This document shows positions 61,010-64,000 of a stretch of DNA of 64,000 bases, piece by piece. Every line of letters starts with the position of its first letter. Position 1 is the stretch's first letter. The notes beneath the pieces were generated by a model. The model was not told the origin of the DNA. It saw only the letters and a program-made list of their open reading frames with translations, and ran no database searches. The DNA lies in the NCBI GenBank assembly GCA_049511615.1, contig JBEKXW010000006.1, forward strand, positions 5,672-69,671. Reading direction: 5' to 3'. The DNA is from Candidatus Dormibacteria bacterium. GTDB lineage: Bacteria; Chloroflexota; Dormibacteria; Aeolococcales; Aeolococcaceae. A program made the translations under genes and the position numbers.

Positions 61010-61030
61010 ACGGTCGCCGCGTCCTCCGGC

Positions 61031-62317
61031 TCAGACGTTCCCCGTGGCGATCTCGTAGGCCCGCTCGGCAGCGGCCCGGCGCAGAAGGTCGGCATGGGCG
61101 GCCGCGTGAAGACGGCGGCGATCCGCGGGGGAGAGGCGGCGGCCGGCCGCGATCCGCTCGACCTCGCGGTCGACCTGCAACTCGTCGACCTCGAGCTGCT
61201 CGGCGGCGGCGAGGGCGTCGAGGGCCAGCTCCAGCCGCACGTTCTCGGTGGCGGCCGGGCGGCGCTCGGCCCTCAGCTTCTCGATGCTCCCGCCGGTGTA
61301 CTCGAGGTAGCGATCGAAGCGAAGCCCGAGCTCTGCCAGCCGGACCTCCAACGCGGCGAGCTCGCGCTCGGTCTCGCGCTCGACCATGGCTGCGGGAACG
61401 TCCACCGTGACCCGTGCCCGCAGGGCCTTGAGGACATCCGCGTGGAAGCGCTCCTCATCGTCACGGGAGGCGGCCTCCACGAGCTGGCGCCGGTAGTGAT
61501 CGCGCATCTCCTCCAGGGTCCCCACGCTGCCGTCCCGCTTGGCCAGCTCGTCGTCGAGCGGCGGGAGGATCCGCTCGCGGACCGCGACGATGCGGGCATC
61601 GGCCTCGACGGTGACGCCGCGCAGCTCCTCCTGCTGGTAGTCGGCCGGAAGCGTGAGGGGAAAACGCCTCTCGGCGCCGGCTTCGAGCCCGATGAGGGCG
61701 TCGACCAGGCCGGGGACCAGACGCTCGCGGTCGAGCTCCAGGTCCCGCTCCTCCCCTCCCGAGAGCACCTCCTCCGCGCGCCGCATCACCAGGACGCAGC
61801 GGAGCACGTCGCCGGCCTGGGCCGGCCGGCTCACCTCCTCGAGGTCGGAGAAGCGCCGCCGGACCTCCTCCAGGGCGGCGTCGACGTCCTCCTCGCCGAC
61901 CTCCGTATGCGGTGGATCGACCCGCAGCGAGCGATAGTCGCCGAGGTCGACGACGGGGCGGACGGTGACCTCGGCCGTGAACTTCACCGGCTGGCCGCGC
62001 TCCACCGACCCCACCTTCACGGACGGGTCGCCGACCGGGTCGAGGTTCTCCTGCTCGACGGCGCGGGCATAGAGCCGGGGGATCAGATCCTCCGTCGCCG
62101 CGTTGCGCAGCGCCTCCCAGCCGACGGCCCGCTCGACCAGCACGGCCGGGGCCTTGCCCGGCCGGAATCCCGGGATGCGAAGGCGGGCTCCGACCCTCCG
62201 GCTGGCATCCCCGAGCGCCCGTTCCAGGTCTTCGGGTGGCGCCTCGACGGTCAGCTCGACGATCCAGCCCGGCTTGCGCTCGACGAAGACAGACAGCTCG
62301 GAGGTTGCGCTGGTCAC
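61031..62317 (-). CDS. tig: trigger factor
   Basis: N-terminal ribosome-binding domain, FKBP-type PPIase, C-terminal domain. Classic tig-clpP-clpX order. Confidence 0.9.
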   Translation of the reverse strand: MTSATSELSVFVERKPGWIVELTVEAPPEDLERALGDASRRVGARLRIPGFRPGKAPAVLVERAVGWEALRNAATEDLIPRLYARAVEQENLDPVGDPSVKVGSVERGQPVKFTAEVTVRPVVDLGDYRSLRVDPPHTEVGEEDVDAALEEVRRRFSDLEEVSRPAQAGDVLRCVLVMRRAEEVLSGGEERDLELDRERLVPGLVDALIGLEAGAERRFPLTLPADYQQEELRGVTVEADARIVAVRERILPPLDDELAKRDGSVGTLEEMRDHYRRQLVEAASRDDEERFHADVLKALRARVTVDVPAAMVERETERELAALEVRLAELGLRFDRYLEYTGGSIEKLRAERRPAATENVRLELALDALAAAEQLEVDELQVDREVERIAAGRRLSPADRRRLHAAAHADLLRRAAAERAYEIATGNV

Positions 62318-62389
62318 ATGCTCTCCTCAGTTCTCACACGCCCACCATTCTGGGCGACGCCGCGGCGCGGGCGGCGCCACCCGCCCATC

Positions 62390-62471
62390 TGCGCGGGCCG
62401 AGAGTCGAACTCGGACGGGTCACCCCACGGGATCCTAAGTCCCGCGCGTCTACCGATTCCGCCACCCGCGC
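62390..62471 (-). tRNA. tRNA-Leu (anticodon TAG), type II with a long variable arm; CCA not encoded
   Basis: Cloverleaf: acceptor GCGCGGG/CCCGCGC, D-arm GCG…GGTAGA…CGC, anticodon loop CTTAGGA, variable arm TGGGGTGACCCGT, T-arm CCGAG-TTCGACT-CTCGG, discriminator A. Confidence 0.8.
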
Positions 62472-62707
62472 CGATCTTGGCAGGCCCGCGGCGAGTGTAA
62501 CACCGGGATTTGCACCCATCGGAGACGTCGCGCGGCCGGCTGGGTGGGTGTGCCCCACGGGCCGGGACGGTGCCGGCAGCCCACCTCCGTCGACCCCAAT
62601 CGCCTGCGACCAACAGCCCTGGACATCACTCCCGCCGACCCCTAGGCTTGGGTGCAGGCCGGCCCGACTGAAGGGGCACGGATGGCCGCCAGCACGGAGG
62701 TCGACGT

Positions 62708-62935
62708 ATGGAGCCGAGCCAGGAAGCCGCAGCGGTCGGAAACCCGCAGGAGACCGTTGCGAAGATCGACCAGAAGGCGTTGAGGTTGTCGGCACTGCTG
62801 CGGGAGATCGATAACCACCCCATCGAGCTGCCCCCCGAGCTGATCGAGCGGCTCGATGAGATTCTGGAGATGCTGGCCTGCCGGGTTGCCGCAACCCGAG
62901 CCCTCCTCCACCAGCCGGCCTACATGACGGGATGA
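62708..62935 (+). CDS. hypothetical small protein (75 aa)
   Basis: ORF in a moderately lower-GC stretch; no recognisable motif. Confidence 0.3.
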   Translation: MEPSQEAAAVGNPQETVAKIDQKALRLSALLREIDNHPIELPPELIERLDEILEMLACRVAATRALLHQPAYMTG

Positions 62936-63203
62936 GCCTGGCTTAGGCAGGAACTCCTCCTCACCGCCGCGACCCTTCGACGGGCTGCCGGGCGGGATGC
63001 CCGGAGACCGGTGTCGGGTGACGGGTCGCCGCGATCACGGACCTCTGCGTGAGCATTGGTCCCAGACCATGACCGCGGCTGTAGAGTGACGGCTGACCCG
63101 GCACCGCCCGGCGATGGGCGGCCCGATGGTGACCCCCGCGCCACCCGCGCCACCCGCGCCGCGGCGCGACCTTACGACATCACCTCGACAGGAGAGACGT
63201 TCC

Positions 63204-63578
63204 ATGACGGCCACCAAGGAGCACTGGAAGAGCGAGCCGGACGACCATGACTACCCCGCCGCCGCCGACTACCTGAGCTTGATCATGGACAAGGGGGAGG
63301 TGGCCAAGGTGGTGGCGGAGCTGCGCAGCGCCGAGCTCGCCCACCGCAAGGCCAAGGACCTGCTGAGGGCGAGCCGGCTGGAGCCGCTCCCGGCCGACAA
63401 CGTCCACGTCAAGAAGGACCTCGCCAAGGTCGAGGGTGGACACCTCCTCTCCCCCGTGCTCCTGGTGCGGGGGCAGGTGGACGCGGACGTCCCGCTCACC
63501 ATCGCCGACGGCTACCACCGGATCTGCGCCAGTTACCACCTCGACGAGGACGCCGACATCCCCTGCCGGATCGCCTGA
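63204..63578 (+). CDS. small ParB/sulfiredoxin-fold-like protein (DGYHR motif), hypothetical
   Basis: …VLLVRGQVDADVPLTIADGYHRICAS… resembles the ParB N-terminal/Srx DG.HR core. Confidence 0.4.
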   Translation: MTATKEHWKSEPDDHDYPAAADYLSLIMDKGEVAKVVAELRSAELAHRKAKDLLRASRLEPLPADNVHVKKDLAKVEGGHLLSPVLLVRGQVDADVPLTIADGYHRICASYHLDEDADIPCRIA

Positions 63579-63592
63579 CAGAGGAGCGGAAA

Positions 63593-63667
63593 CCGGGCGC
63601 TGCGCGCCCTCACGGCCTCCGCCTCCCCCGGACGCTCGCGCTGCGCGCGCGGCGCCCGGGCGGGCGT
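63593..63667. repeat. 75-bp MITE-like repeat unit, copy 1 (15-bp terminal inverted repeats CCGGGCGC[T/C]GCGCGC)
   Basis: 100% identical to 63732..63806. The unit's ends are inverted repeats of each other. Confidence 0.75.
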
Positions 63668-63731
63668 AGCGGGGCCGTCTCGGTGTGTCTCCCCGCGTCG
63701 TACCACGGTACGCCGCGAGCACTCCGCTCGG

Positions 63732-63806
63732 CCGGGCGCTGCGCGCCCTCACGGCCTCCGCCTCCCCCGGACGCTCGCGCTGCGCGCGCGGCGCCCGGGC
63801 GGGCGT
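63732..63806. repeat. 75-bp MITE-like repeat unit, copy 2
   Basis: Identical to copy 1, separated from it by a 64-bp spacer. Confidence 0.75.
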
Positions 63807-63807
63807 C

Positions 63808-63837
63808 GGCCTGGGCACGCCTCAGGCGTGCCCGGCC
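63808..63837. terminator. GC-rich hairpin (stem GGCC-t-GGGCACGCC, loop TCA); candidate bidirectional terminator between convergent genes
   Basis: A 13-bp stem, perfect except for one bulge. It lies 10 bp from the glnA stop and directly after repeat copy 2. There is no U-tract. Confidence 0.4.
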
Positions 63838-63846
63838 TCGCTCCGT

Positions 63847-64000
63847 TTATGCGTCGTAGTACAGGAAGAACTCGTAGGGGTGCGGGCGCAGGGCCACCGG
63901 GTCGACCTCGCGCTCGCGCTTGTAGGAGATGTAGGTGTCGATGACGTCCTGGGTGAAGACGCCGCCCTTGAGCAGGAAGTCGTGGTCCTCCTCGAGCGCG
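63847..64000 (-). CDS. glnA: glutamine synthetase, C-terminal end (continues beyond the window)
   Basis: The minus-strand translation ends …[50 protein letters not shown]. Confidence 0.8.
   Translation of the reverse strand, partial: ALEEDHDFLLKGGVFTQDVIDTYISYKREREVDPVALRPHPYEFFLYYDA

Overview
This is a very high-GC (about 70%+) bacterial chromosomal segment. The gene content points to an actinobacterial-type lineage: F420-dependent enzymes, a mycothiol-type maleylpyruvate isomerase family protein, a fused AccD-AccA, and a tig-clpP-clpX-valS block.

Most of the window is housekeeping and metabolic genes: a CoA-transferase plus a 4-subunit-type 2-oxoacid:ferredoxin oxidoreductase operon, histidine-degradation genes hutU and ftcD, fabH with accDA, birA, dxs, maf, a DEAD-box helicase, pspA, valS, clpX, clpP, tig, tRNA-Leu and the 3' end of glnA.

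The left 5.8 kb looks accessory. A 5'-truncated IS256-family transposase is followed by a second, paralogous copy of a YhaO/YhaN-type (SbcD/SbcC-like) nuclease plus coiled-coil ABC-ATPase operon. The core-like copy sits at 38.9-43.0 kb. The accessory operon is bracketed by two related tRNA-like elements that each end in ...CTCCA, and the right-hand element has a perfect T-arm, acceptor 3' strand and CCA. This reads as an integration scar or cassette boundary; a defence role for the module is only a speculation.

Other loci worth a second look:
- Three tandem, translationally coupled genes encoding multi-domain YbjQ/DUF74 proteins, plus a downstream 130-aa unknown.
- An ArsA/Get3-like ATPase pair whose second gene has no canonical start codon. 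Its only candidate is a CTG that overlaps the TGA of an upstream bcp-type peroxiredoxin.
- A five-gene membrane operon with GTGA/ATGA overlapping junctions, led by a double-zinc-ribbon membrane protein.
- An AT-rich palindromic element between clpP and a divergent 65-aa zinc-ribbon ORF.
- Two identical 75-bp miniature-inverted-repeat (MITE)-like units (15-bp terminal inverted repeats) plus a 13-bp-stem hairpin between a small ParB/Srx-like gene and glnA.

No CRISPR arrays or rRNA genes were seen. Many long Arg/Gly/Pro-rich ORFs in the six-frame track are GC-driven artefacts, mostly antisense to real genes.
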